From Angustibacter luteus (GTDB lineage: Bacteria > Actinomycetota > Actinomycetes > Actinomycetales > Angustibacteraceae): a stretch of 64,000 nucleotides of DNA. A program made the position numbers and the translations under genes. The notes below the pieces were generated by a model. That model did no database searches and was not told the origin of the DNA. It saw nothing but the letters and a program-made list of their open reading frames with translations. Numbering within the stretch: position 1 is the stretch's first letter; each line of letters begins with the position of its first letter. The stretch is taken from positions 558,001 through 622,000 of the forward strand of contig NZ_BAABFP010000005.1 of the NCBI RefSeq assembly GCF_039541115.1. The letters run 5' to 3'. Positions 45,467 to 55,972 of the stretch are shown one piece after another.

Positions 45467-48238
45467 ATGAGCGACGAGCAGCCGTCCCCGGACCTGACGA
45501 TCGTCCAGGTCCGCGTCTACCGCGGTCCCAACGTCTGGTCCTACGACAAGGCCCTGCACGTGGTCGTCGACCTGGGCGTCCTCGAGCAGTTCCCGACGAA
45601 CACCCTGCCGGGCTTCACGGACCAGCTCCTCGAGCTGCTCCCGGGCCTGGAGGCGCACACCTGCTCGCGCGGGCACCGCGGCGGCTTCATCGAGCGGCTG
45701 CGCGAAGGCACCTGGCTCGGGCACGTCGCCGAGCACGTGGCCCTGCAGCTCCAGCAGGAGGCCGGCCACGACATCCGCCGCGGCAAGACCCGGCAGGTCA
45801 AGGGCGTGCCGGGCCGGTACAACATCGTCTTCTCGTACGTCGACGAGCGGGTCGCGCAGGCCGCCATCGCGCTGGCCGTCCGGCTGGTGAACCACCTCGT
45901 GCAGCCCGAGCCCGAGTTCGACTTCGCGGACCTGCTGGACACGTTCCTGCGGCAGGCCGAGCGGACCGCCTTCGGGCCGAGCACGGCAGCCATCCTGGAG
46001 GAGGCGGTGAGCCGCGACATCCCGTGGATCCGGCTCAACGAGCACTCCCTGGTGCAGCTCGGCCAGGGCGTCCACCAGCAGCGCATCCGGGCCACCATGA
46101 CGTCGCAGACGAGCGCGCTCGCCGTGGACATCGCCGGCGACAAGGAGCTCACCGGCAAGCTGCTGGCGTCGGCCGGCCTGCCCACCCCCGGCACGGAGAG
46201 CGTGCGCAGCGCCGGGGCCGCGGTGACCATCGCGGACCGGATCGGCTACCCGGTCGTGATCAAGCCGCTGGACGGCAACCACGGGCGCGGGGTCTGCCTG
46301 GACCTCAAGGACGGGGACGCCGTCCGCGCCGCCTTCCCGACCGCCCAGGACCAGTCCCGGCGGGGCTGGGTCGTGGTCGAGTCGATGGTGACCGGCAAGG
46401 ACTACCGCTGCCTCATCGTCGGCGGGCGCATGCAGGCCATCGCCGAGCGCGTCCCGGCCCACGTGGTCGGGGACGGCATGAGCACGGTGCAGGAGCTGGT
46501 GACCGAGACCAACGCGGACCCGCGCCGCGGGGTCGGGCACGAGAAGGTCCTCACCCGGATCAGCGTGGACGACGCCGCGGTGGAGCTGGTCCGCCAGCAG
46601 GGCTTCGGCATGGACGACGTCCCCCCGGCCGGCGAGATGGTCAAGCTGGCGCTGACCGGGAACATGTCGACCGGTGGCATCTCGGTCGACCGCACCTTCG
46701 AGGCGCACCCGGACAACGTGGAGATCGCCGAGGAGGCGGCCCGGGTGATCGGGTTGGACGTCGCGGGCATCGACTTCATCTGCCCGGACATCGCCCTGCC
46801 CGTGCGCGAGACCGGCGGCGCCATCTGCGAGGTCAACGCGGCGCCCGGCTTCCGGATGCACACCCACCCCACCGTCGGGGAGCCCCAGTTCATCGCCAAG
46901 CCGGTCGTCGACCTGCTCTTCCCGCCGGGCGCGCCGAGCCGGGTGCCGATCATCGCCGTCACCGGCACCAACGGGAAGACCACGACGTCGCGGATGATCG
47001 CGCACGTCTTCAAGGGTCTGGGCCGCAAGGTCGGCATGACCTCCACCGACGGTGTCGTCATCGACGAGCGCCTGGTGATCCGGGCCGACGCGTCCGGGCC
47101 GAAGTCCGCCCGGATGGTGCTGCAGAACCCGCGGGTCGACCTGGCCGTGTTCGAGGTGGCCCGCGGGGGGATCCTGCGCGAGGGCCTGGGCTACGACCGG
47201 AACGACGTCGCCGTCGTGACCAACGTCGCCCCGGACCACCTGGGCATGCGTGGCGTCGACACCCTCGAGCAGCTGGCCGAGGTCAAGGCCGTGGTCGTCG
47301 AGGCCGTCCCGCGGGACGGCGCCGCCGTGCTCAACGCCGACGACGCCCTGGTGCGCGGGATGCGCCGGCGCTGCTCGGGCGAGGTGGTCTGGTTCTCGCT
47401 GCAGGCCCCGGGCTCCGACGTCCGGGACATGATCGACGAGCACTGCCGCCGCGGCGGCAAGGCGCTGGTGCTGGACACCTCCGACAAGGGCGACATGATC
47501 GTCATCCGACACGGCCGCCGCACGATGCAGCTGGCCTGGACGCACCTGCTGCCGGCGACGTTCGGCGGCACCGCCCTGATGAACGTCGCGAACGCGATGG
47601 CCGCCGCGGGGGCCGCGTTCGCCGCGGGCGCTCCCCTGCACGACATCCGCCAGGGTCTGCGCACGTTCAGCACGTCGTACTACCTGTCGCCGGGCCGGAT
47701 GAACATGATCGACGTGCAGGGCACGGACGTCGTGGTCGACTACTGCCACAACCCGGCGGGCATGCGGGCGCTGGGCGACTTCGTGGAGCGCTTCGCGAAC
47801 CGCCGTGACGCCAAAGCCGACCTCGGCAAGCCGTCGCGCATCGCGATGATCGGTGCCGCCGGGGACCGGCGCGACGAGGACGTGCGCGAGCTGGGCGAGG
47901 TAGCCGCCGACTTCTTCGACGTCGTCGTCGTGCGCGAGGACGCGAACCTGCGCCGCCGGGCGCCCGGCGAGGCGGCCGAGATGGTCGCCGACGGGGTGCG
48001 GGCCCGGATGGCCCAGGGTGCCCGGTGCAAGCAGGTCACGGTCGTCCCGGACGAGCTGGCGGCGGTCCGGCACTGCATGGCGCTGGCGAACCGCGGTGAC
48101 CTGGTCGTGCTGTGCGCGGACAAGCACGCCGGGGTCCTCGCCGAGCTGGAGGGGCTGGCGCACCAGGCCCAGGCGGGGGCGCACCCGCAGGGGCTGGTCG
48201 GCGACCCGGACCTCGACCCGGCCGAGCTCAGGCCCTAG
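45467..48238 (+). CDS. cphA: Cyanophycin synthetase (CphA1 type)
   Basis: RGPNVW, Cx19HxxEH N-domain motif, GPSTAAI, KPLDGNHGRG, EVNAAPG, TGTNGKTTT, DYCHNP. Confidence 0.96.
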   Translation: MSDEQPSPDLTIVQVRVYRGPNVWSYDKALHVVVDLGVLEQFPTNTLPGFTDQLLELLPGLEAHTCSRGHRGGFIERLREGTWLGHVAEHVALQLQQEAGHDIRRGKTRQVKGVPGRYNIVFSYVDERVAQAAIALAVRLVNHLVQPEPEFDFADLLDTFLRQAERTAFGPSTAAILEEAVSRDIPWIRLNEHSLVQLGQGVHQQRIRATMTSQTSALAVDIAGDKELTGKLLASAGLPTPGTESVRSAGAAVTIADRIGYPVVIKPLDGNHGRGVCLDLKDGDAVRAAFPTAQDQSRRGWVVVESMVTGKDYRCLIVGGRMQAIAERVPAHVVGDGMSTVQELVTETNADPRRGVGHEKVLTRISVDDAAVELVRQQGFGMDDVPPAGEMVKLALTGNMSTGGISVDRTFEAHPDNVEIAEEAARVIGLDVAGIDFICPDIALPVRETGGAICEVNAAPGFRMHTHPTVGEPQFIAKPVVDLLFPPGAPSRVPIIAVTGTNGKTTTSRMIAHVFKGLGRKVGMTSTDGVVIDERLVIRADASGPKSARMVLQNPRVDLAVFEVARGGILREGLGYDRNDVAVVTNVAPDHLGMRGVDTLEQLAEVKAVVVEAVPRDGAAVLNADDALVRGMRRRCSGEVVWFSLQAPGSDVRDMIDEHCRRGGKALVLDTSDKGDMIVIRHGRRTMQLAWTHLLPATFGGTALMNVANAMAAAGAAFAAGAPLHDIRQGLRTFSTSYYLSPGRMNMIDVQGTDVVVDYCHNPAGMRALGDFVERFANRRDAKADLGKPSRIAMIGAAGDRRDEDVRELGEVAADFFDVVVVREDANLRRRAPGEAAEMVADGVRARMAQGARCKQVTVVPDELAAVRHCMALANRGDLVVLCADKHAGVLAELEGLAHQAQAGAHPQGLVGDPDLDPAELRP

Positions 48239-50448
48239 CCGCCTCCGCCGACGTAGCGCAGCAGCACCGCCCGGTAGTCCTGGTCGTCAGGGTCGGCGGC
48301 GTGGGTGAGCAACGCCTCCATCAGGACGGCGAGCGCGCGGTCGCTGCGGGAGCCGGCCCGCAGCGCGAGGGCGTAGAACCCTTGGGCCGCAGCGCTCGAG
48401 GGGCGCTGCTCGCGCACCTGGGACAGGATGTCGAGCGCCTCCTCGACCCGGCCGAGGACGGTCAGCGACGAGCCGAGCTGCAGCATGGCCCGGTGCCGGT
48501 GCGGTTCGCGCAGGCCGTCGCGCAGCGCTGCGCGGTACGCCGGAACGGCCTCGGCCTCGTGACCCGCCGCGTCCAGCGCGCTCGCCCACTCGAACATGAG
48601 CCGCGGGTCGTCGGGGTCGGCGTCCAGCATCGCCAGCAGCAGGCGCTGCCGGTCGGTCGCGTCGGCGTGCGCCCACAGGGCGGCGATCTGCTCCTCCTGC
48701 GGGTGCTCGCCGCGAGCGGCGACCACCTTGGCGCGGACGTCGTCGGCGCCGTCCGGGGTGGCTCCCTCGGCGAGCAGCCACTCGTCCAGCAGGGGACGGT
48801 CGGCGTGGCACATGACCGCCACGACGTCGCCGTCGACCGCGCGGGCGAGCAGTCCCTGCAGGCCGCTCAGCTCGTCCGGGAACGACGGCACGCCGGCCTT
48901 GCCCACCGCAGCGAGCCCGGCCCGCAGCGAGGTCTCGAGGTCCTCGCGAGTGCGGCCGCGGAGGTACCGCTCCTTGTGCACGATCGCGACGTCGTCCGCG
49001 CGGCGGCCGGCGATCTCGCCGAGCCCGACCAGGATCTCCTCCGTGCGGTCCCCCGCCGTGCCCAGCCCGAGGTGCAGCTGGGCACCGGGCATGCGCAGCC
49101 CCTCGCAGACGTCGAGCAGCGCCTCCAGCCCGGCCTCGTTGTGCGCCAGGTCGATCACCACGGTCACGGTGCCGCCGGCGACCGGGATGGTCCACACGTT
49201 CATCCGCCCGGGGTTGAGCCGGACGTCGGGCTGGAACGTGCGCAGCCCCTCGACGACCGCGTCCCGCTCCAACCCCAGACCGAGCCCGGCGGCGGCCGCG
49301 GCCAGCGCGTTGGCGACGTTGTGCCGCGACAGCCCGGCGAGCGTCACCGGCACGTCCAGGACCGCGATCAGTGGGTCGGGGTCGGCGTCCGAGCGCAGCA
49401 CGGTGATCGAGCCGTCCAGGACGGTGATCCCTCGGCCGCCGCCGTCCAGCGCGGTCCGCAGGGCCGGAGCGTCCGGGTCCAGGGCGAAGACCCAGGGCCG
49501 GCCGGTCGCGCGGCGCATCATGGCCAGCACCCGCGGGTCCTCGCCGTTGAGCACGCACCAGCCGGTGCGGGACGTGACCCGGGTGACCACGGCCTTGACC
49601 TCGGCCAGCTGGTCGACCGTGTCGATCCCCTGCAGCCCGAGGTGGTCGGCGCTGACGTTGGTCACCACCGAGACGTCGTTGCGGGTCACCCCCATGCCGC
49701 GCAGCAGCAGTCCCCCGCGCGCGGTCTCCAGGACGCCGAGCTGGACGCCGTCGCTGGTCAGCACCGCTCGGGCGCCGGCCGGGCCGGAGTAGTCACCGGG
49801 CTCGACGACCTCGCCCTGCACGACCACGCCGTCCGTGCTGGACCAGGCGGTCCGCCGCCCCGCTGTCATGGACAGGTGCGCCAGCAGGCGGGTCGTCGTG
49901 GTCTTGCCGTTGGTCCCGGTCACCGACGCCACCGGGACGCTCGGCGAGATCGCGCTCGGACGACGTCCGCTGGCCGTGGCCCGCACGGCCGCCCCAGCCG
50001 CGGACACCAGCTCGACGACGTCCGCCTCGCCCCAGCGGGCCAGGCAGGTCTCCAGCTGGTGACCCAGCTCGACGGCGCGGTCGTGGTGCAGCCAGGGGTA
50101 GGCGACGACGACCTCGTGCGGGTCGTTGCTCGGACGCACCCGCAGGCCCAGGCGCGACGTGCCCGAGGCAGCGGCGATGAGCCGGACGACGCGGGCCAGC
50201 ACCCGCACCGCGAGGCGCTGTCGCTGCGCGCTGCCGGGCTGGCCGGCGCGGGTGCGGGACAGGCCGAGGTCGGTGGCCCAGGCCATGGCCTGCTCGCTCG
50301 AGGCCTGGCTGAGCCCGGTGATGTCCAGTGTGAGCTTGATCGCCGCCCGCGGGAAGTACAGGTTCGGGCCGTCCAGCACCCGCAGCTCGGTCAACGCGGC
50401 CATCGGACGTGCTGCGCCCGCGTCGGCGCCGACGTCCGGATCGCTCAT
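48235..50448 (-). CDS. CphA-derived Mur-ligase protein: degenerate N domain + M domain + C-terminal TPR, no ATP-grasp domain (737 aa)
   Basis: LRVLDGPNLY, VTGTNGKTTTT at about residue 176, ETARGG, NVSADHLG, PGRMN, DLAHN, GDR, TPR_5-like tail; TAGAGT 7 nt before ATG 50448. Confidence 0.87.
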   Translation of the reverse strand: MSDPDVGADAGAARPMAALTELRVLDGPNLYFPRAAIKLTLDITGLSQASSEQAMAWATDLGLSRTRAGQPGSAQRQRLAVRVLARVVRLIAAASGTSRLGLRVRPSNDPHEVVVAYPWLHHDRAVELGHQLETCLARWGEADVVELVSAAGAAVRATASGRRPSAISPSVPVASVTGTNGKTTTTRLLAHLSMTAGRRTAWSSTDGVVVQGEVVEPGDYSGPAGARAVLTSDGVQLGVLETARGGLLLRGMGVTRNDVSVVTNVSADHLGLQGIDTVDQLAEVKAVVTRVTSRTGWCVLNGEDPRVLAMMRRATGRPWVFALDPDAPALRTALDGGGRGITVLDGSITVLRSDADPDPLIAVLDVPVTLAGLSRHNVANALAAAAAGLGLGLERDAVVEGLRTFQPDVRLNPGRMNVWTIPVAGGTVTVVIDLAHNEAGLEALLDVCEGLRMPGAQLHLGLGTAGDRTEEILVGLGEIAGRRADDVAIVHKERYLRGRTREDLETSLRAGLAAVGKAGVPSFPDELSGLQGLLARAVDGDVVAVMCHADRPLLDEWLLAEGATPDGADDVRAKVVAARGEHPQEEQIAALWAHADATDRQRLLLAMLDADPDDPRLMFEWASALDAAGHEAEAVPAYRAALRDGLREPHRHRAMLQLGSSLTVLGRVEEALDILSQVREQRPSSAAAQGFYALALRAGSRSDRALAVLMEALLTHAADPDDQDYRAVLLRYVGGGG

Positions 50449-50458
50449 GATCGCGACT

Positions 50459-51238
<780 letters not shown>

Positions 51239-51298
51239 CTAGCTCGACACCGGCGATATCTGGTCGGTTCCGTCAGTGGGTCTGGGTAGGGTCGCCTG

Positions 51299-52810
51299 GT
51301 GACCCGGGACCGAGTGGACGACGACTTCCGAGACCTGCCGCTGACCCGCCTGGCTGACGCCGCGCTGCAGCGAGCCCGCGAGCTGGGCGCCGAGCACGCC
51401 GACCTGCGGGTCGAGCGCGTGCGCAGCGCGAGCCTGCGACTGAGCGACGCCCGGGTGGCCGGCGGCGGTGACTCCACCGACAGCGGCCTGGCCGTGCGCG
51501 TGGTCGTGGACGGCGCCTGGGGCTTCTCGGCGAGTGCCGACCTGACGACCGAGGCGGCCCAGGCCGCGGCCTCGCGGGCGGTCGAGATGGCCCGGGTGTC
51601 CCGACCGCTGTCCACCGAGCGGGTCGAGCTGGCGCCCGAGCCGGTGCACACCGGTGAGTGGGTGTCCTCCTACGCGCTGGACCCGTTCGACGTCCCGGAC
51701 GCCGACAAGGCGGAGGTCTTCACCACCTGGTCCCGCCAGCTGCTCGACGCGGGCCTGAACCACGTGGACGCCTCGTTCGACTGGGTCAAGGAGCAGAAGT
51801 TCTACGCGGACCTCGCCGGCACGGCGACCACCCAGCAGCGGGTCCGCGTACAGCCCGTGCTGACCGGTGTGGTGGTCACCGGCGACGGGATGGAGACGAT
51901 GCGCACGCTCGCCCCGCCCGTGGGCCGCGGCTGGGAGTACGTGGTCGGCACGTCCGCGGACGGCGCGTGGGGGTGGGCGGAGGAGCTGGAGGCGCTGCCC
52001 GGGCTGGCCGTCGAGAAGCTCAAGGCGCCGTCGGTCGAGGCGGGCCGCTACGACCTGGTGATCGACCCCAGCAACCTGTTCCTGACCATCCACGAGTCCA
52101 TCGGGCACGCCACCGAGCTGGACCGCGCCCTGGGTTACGAGGCGGCCTACGCCGGGATGTCCTTCGCCACCCCGGACAAGCTGAACACCCTGAAGTACGG
52201 CACCCCGTTGATGCACGTCACCGGTGACCGGGACATCGAGCACGGCCTGGCCAGCATCGGCTGGGACGACGAGGGCGTCGCCACCGGCTCGTGGGACATC
52301 GTGCGCGACGGCACCCTGGTCGGCTACCAGCTGGACCGGCGGATCGCCCAGCTGACCGGCGCCGAGCGCTCGAACGGCTGCGCGTTCGCCGACTCCTCCT
52401 CGCACGTGCCGATCCAGCGGATGGCCAACGTCAGCCTGCAGCCGGCAGCGAACGGTCCCTCGACGGAGGAGATCATCGCCGGGGTCGAGCGCGGCATCTA
52501 CGTCATCGGCGACAAGTCCTGGTCGATCGACATGCAGCGCTACAACTTCCAGTTCACCGGGCAGCGGTTCTACAAGATCGAGAACGGCCGGCTGGCGGGC
52601 ATGGTCAAGGACCTCGCCTACCAGGCGACGACCACGGACTTCTGGGGCTCGATGGCCGTCGTCGGCGGCCCGCAGACCTGGGTGCTGGGTGGGGCGTTCA
52701 ACTGCGGCAAGGGCCAGCCCGGCCAGGTCGCCGCGGTCAGCCACGGGTGCCCGAGCGCGCTGTTCACCGACGTCCGAGTGCTCAACACCAACGAGGAGGG
52801 GGCAGCATGA
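51299..52810 (+). CDS. tldD: TldD-family metalloprotease subunit
   Basis: HESIGH (HExxxH), DDEG, RMAN, CGKGQP. Confidence 0.9.
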   Translation: MTRDRVDDDFRDLPLTRLADAALQRARELGAEHADLRVERVRSASLRLSDARVAGGGDSTDSGLAVRVVVDGAWGFSASADLTTEAAQAAASRAVEMARVSRPLSTERVELAPEPVHTGEWVSSYALDPFDVPDADKAEVFTTWSRQLLDAGLNHVDASFDWVKEQKFYADLAGTATTQQRVRVQPVLTGVVVTGDGMETMRTLAPPVGRGWEYVVGTSADGAWGWAEELEALPGLAVEKLKAPSVEAGRYDLVIDPSNLFLTIHESIGHATELDRALGYEAAYAGMSFATPDKLNTLKYGTPLMHVTGDRDIEHGLASIGWDDEGVATGSWDIVRDGTLVGYQLDRRIAQLTGAERSNGCAFADSSSHVPIQRMANVSLQPAANGPSTEEIIAGVERGIYVIGDKSWSIDMQRYNFQFTGQRFYKIENGRLAGMVKDLAYQATTTDFWGSMAVVGGPQTWVLGGAFNCGKGQPGQVAAVSHGCPSALFTDVRVLNTNEEGAA

Positions 52811-54180
52811 GCGCGCACCCGCACGAGCTCGCCGAGCGGGCGCTGGCGGCGGCGACGGGGCCGTGCGTGGCCCTGGTCAGCAACCGCAGCGAGGCGAACC
52901 TGCGCTGGGCCGCGAACACGCTGACCACCAACGGGCTGACCAGCAGCCAGGACGTCACGGTCATCGCCGTGCACGGCGGCGACCAGGTGGGGGTCGTGAG
53001 CCGCAGCGGCGTGGACGTCGACTCGATCGCCGCCCTGGTCGCGGACGCCGAGGCCGCCGCCCGGGCGTCCGCGCCCGCCGAGGACGCCGCCGAGCTCGTG
53101 CCGGGCCCGGCCGACGACGCGTTCGGCGAGGCTCCGGGCGAGGTCACCGCCGGCGACCTGGCCGCGCTCGCGCAGAGCCTGGGCAGCGCCCTCGAGGACG
53201 CCCGCTCCGGCGACCGCGAGCTGTTCGGGTACGCGGAGCAGACGCTGCACACGACGTACCTCGCTTCGAGCACCGGACTGCGCGCGCGGTACGCGCTGCC
53301 CGCGGCGACCGTCCAGCTCAACGGCAAGTCGCACCAGCGCAGCCGCTCGGCGTGGGCCGGAGCGGCGGCGCAGGCCCTGGACGCCGTGGACGTCGCCGCA
53401 CTGGCCGCCGAGGTCACCGACCGACTGGGTTGGCAGGCCCGGCGACTGGACGCCGAGGCCGGCCGTTACGAGACGATCCTGCCGCCGTCCGCGGTCGCCG
53501 ACCTGATGGCGTACACGCTGTGGTCCTCGGACGCGCGCTCCGCGCACGAGGGACGCTCCGTGTTCGGCCGCAAGGGCGGAGGCACCCGGGTCGGCGACCA
53601 GCTGTCCGGCCAGCACCTGCGGTTGTTCAGCGATCCGACCGCTGCCGGGATGCAGACCGCCCCGGTGGTCATGGTGGGCGGCAGCTCGCCGTTCGGCTCG
53701 GTGTTCGACAACGGCCTGCCGGTCACCCGGCAGTCCTGGATCGAGGACGGCGTGCTGCGCGCGCTGCCGACGACCCGGCACTCGGCCGGGTTGGCGGGGA
53801 TCGCCGACACCCAGGCCGCCGACAACCTCGTGATGGAGGTCGACGGTGGCCGCGGCTCCGCGATGGACCTGGTCGCCGACCTGGACGACGGCCTGCTGCT
53901 GACCTGCCTCTGGTACATCCGCGAGGTCGACCCGCAGACGCTCCTGCTCACCGGCCTGACCCGCGACGGCGTCTACAAGGTCGAGGGCGGCGAGGTCATC
54001 GGGGCGGTCACGAACTTCCGGTTCAACGAGTCCCCGGTGGACCTGCTGGACCGCATCGTGGCGGCCGGCACGACCGTGCCGACCCTGGGCCGCGAGTTCG
54101 GCGACTACCTGCCGCGGACGGCGATGCCGGCGCTGCGGGTGCGCGGCTTCAACTGCTCCAGCGTCAGCCAGGCCTCCTGA
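52807..54180 (+). CDS. TldE/PmbA-like partner subunit
   Basis: ATGA overlap with tldD; ANLRWAAN, TGLTRDG, NFRFNESP; no HExxH. Confidence 0.85.
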   Translation: MSAHPHELAERALAAATGPCVALVSNRSEANLRWAANTLTTNGLTSSQDVTVIAVHGGDQVGVVSRSGVDVDSIAALVADAEAAARASAPAEDAAELVPGPADDAFGEAPGEVTAGDLAALAQSLGSALEDARSGDRELFGYAEQTLHTTYLASSTGLRARYALPAATVQLNGKSHQRSRSAWAGAAAQALDAVDVAALAAEVTDRLGWQARRLDAEAGRYETILPPSAVADLMAYTLWSSDARSAHEGRSVFGRKGGGTRVGDQLSGQHLRLFSDPTAAGMQTAPVVMVGGSSPFGSVFDNGLPVTRQSWIEDGVLRALPTTRHSAGLAGIADTQAADNLVMEVDGGRGSAMDLVADLDDGLLLTCLWYIREVDPQTLLLTGLTRDGVYKVEGGEVIGAVTNFRFNESPVDLLDRIVAAGTTVPTLGREFGDYLPRTAMPALRVRGFNCSSVSQAS

Positions 54181-54250
54181 TCGCGCCAGCGCACGTGGCC
54201 GGGGCGGGCCCGGCATGGCGGTGGCTGGATCGCGCGCGTACCGTCATGAC

Positions 54251-54556
54251 GTGACACGGCACCAGCGTCCGACCGAGGTGCACACGATCACGTCCGCCCC
54301 CGCGTCATTGGACGACGACCTCGGGCTGCGGATGCGCAAGTACCTGATCTCGATGTCGATCCGCACGGTGTGCTTCGTGCTGGCCGTGGTGTTCTCCGGC
54401 CCGCTGCGCTGGGTGTTCCTGTCCGGCGCGATCCTGTTGCCCTACTTCGCGGTCGTGGTGGCCAACTCCGGGCCGAAGCGGTTGTCCCGCCATGCAGGAT
54501 TCGAACCCGAACGGGGTGCCATCGACGACGGCAACCGTGACAGGCTGGGCCCATGA
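54251..54556 (+). CDS. DUF3099 membrane protein
   Basis: ITSA, RMRKYLISMSIRTVCF, LPYFAVVVAN; TACCGT 6 nt before GTG. Confidence 0.85.
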   Translation: MTRHQRPTEVHTITSAPASLDDDLGLRMRKYLISMSIRTVCFVLAVVFSGPLRWVFLSGAILLPYFAVVVANSGPKRLSRHAGFEPERGAIDDGNRDRLGP

Positions 54557-54801
54557 TCGGGGCGACGGGCGATGGCACGGGGGACGTGCACGCCGGCGAG
54601 GTCGTGCCCGACCTGATGTGCAGCGCCAAGGGGTGCGGCGCGCACGCCACGTGGGTGCTGCGGTGGAACAACCCCAAGCTGCACCAGCCCGAGCGGCGCA
54701 AGACCTGGCTGGCCTGCGACGACCACCGTGACTCGCTCGGCGAGTTCCTCAGCCTGCGCGGGTTCCTGCGCGAGACCGAGCCGGCCAGCGCACTCGGATG
54801 A
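54553..54801 (+). CDS. Small conserved Cys/His protein (putative Zn-binding)
   Basis: CSAKGC, WNNPKLH, WLACDDH, FLSLRGFL; ATGA overlap with the DUF3099 gene. Confidence 0.8.
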   Translation: MIGATGDGTGDVHAGEVVPDLMCSAKGCGAHATWVLRWNNPKLHQPERRKTWLACDDHRDSLGEFLSLRGFLRETEPASALG

Positions 54802-54879
54802 CGCATACCCCGAATGTCGGCCTATCCGGGCCTATCGGCGCCCGATGACGCCGGATAGCTCGATCTTCGGGGTCATGCG
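54802..54879. repeat. Imperfect ~28-bp inverted repeat between convergent genes (terminator- or REP-like)
   Basis: CGCATACCCCGAATGTCGGCCTATCCGG ... CCGGATAGCTCGATCTTCGGGGTCATGCG. Confidence 0.65.
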
Positions 54880-54894
54880 AGATCGGTAGCTGGG

Positions 54895-55914
54895 TCAGCC
54901 GCCGATGGCGGACATCGGACGGCTCGGCTGCAGGAACGTCGGGTCATCGATCCCGTGACCGGCCTTCTTGCCGGCCACCAGCGTCATCATGAGCCGCGCC
55001 AGTTCGTCGTCGCTCGCGCCGGCCCGCAGCGGCGTGCGCAGGTCGTCCTCGGTGCGAGCGAACAGGCACGAGCGCAGCTGTCCGTCGGCGGTGAGCCGCA
55101 GCCGGTCGCAGGCACCGCAGAACGGCTGGCTCACGCTGGCGATGACGCCCACGATGGCCGGTCCGCCGTCCACCAGCCAGGTCTGGGCGGGTGCGCTGCC
55201 GCGCTCCTGGGGCGTCGGGGTGAGGGTGAACCGCTCCCCCAGCCGCTCCAGCACCTCGGCCTGGGTGACCATCGAGGACCGCTGCCAGGCGTGCTGCGCG
55301 TCCAGCGGCATCTGCTCGATGAAGCGCAGCTCGTAGCCGCGGTCCAGGCACCACTGCAGCAGGTCGGCGACACCCTCGTCGTTCACCCCGCGCATCGCCA
55401 CGGCGTTCACCTTCACCGGCGAGAGCCCGGCGGCGGCTGCCGCCGCGAGGCCAGCGACCACGTCGGCCAGCCGGTCCCGTCGGGTGAGGTCGGCGAAGGC
55501 GGCCCGGTCCACGGTGTCCAGGGACACGTTCACCCGGTCCAGGCCGGCGTCGCGCAGCGGGGCGGCCAGCCGGTCCAGCCCGAGCCCGTTGGTCGTCATG
55601 GCGATCGACGGCCGGGGTTCGAGCGCGGCGATCTGGCGGACCAGCTCGGGCAGGCCCCGACGCAGCAGGGGCTCGCCGCCGGTCAGCCGCACCGACGTCA
55701 CGCCGAGCTCCACAGCCACCCCGATGACCCGGGTGAGCTCCTCGAAGGTCAGCAGCTCGGGCTTGGGCAGCCAGTCCAGCCCCTCGGCCGGCATGCAGTA
55801 GGTGCACCGCAGGTTGCACCGGTCGGTGACGGAGACCCGCAGGTCGCTCGCCACCCGCCCGAAGCCGTCGACAAGTCGGCGGCCGGCGCTCTCGTCGTGC
55901 ACGTGGGTTGACAC
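54895..55914 (-). CDS. moaA: GTP 3',8-cyclase
   Basis: CNLRCTYC, LTGGEP, FCGACDRLR...C, MSAIGG C-terminus. Confidence 0.96.
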   Translation of the reverse strand: MSTHVHDESAGRRLVDGFGRVASDLRVSVTDRCNLRCTYCMPAEGLDWLPKPELLTFEELTRVIGVAVELGVTSVRLTGGEPLLRRGLPELVRQIAALEPRPSIAMTTNGLGLDRLAAPLRDAGLDRVNVSLDTVDRAAFADLTRRDRLADVVAGLAAAAAAGLSPVKVNAVAMRGVNDEGVADLLQWCLDRGYELRFIEQMPLDAQHAWQRSSMVTQAEVLERLGERFTLTPTPQERGSAPAQTWLVDGGPAIVGVIASVSQPFCGACDRLRLTADGQLRSCLFARTEDDLRTPLRAGASDDELARLMMTLVAGKKAGHGIDDPTFLQPSRPMSAIGG

Positions 55915-55972
55915 GGGCTCAGCGTACGTCCCCGCCGCCCAGGGCGCGCCCTGCTCCGGTTACCGTCGTGCC

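Noticed and set aside
51299..54180. TldD/E as RiPP-maturation or cyanophycin-dipeptide protease
   Set aside because: No adjacent precursor or modification genes; the pair lies in what looks like the ordinary fabG-DUF3099-moaA neighbourhood
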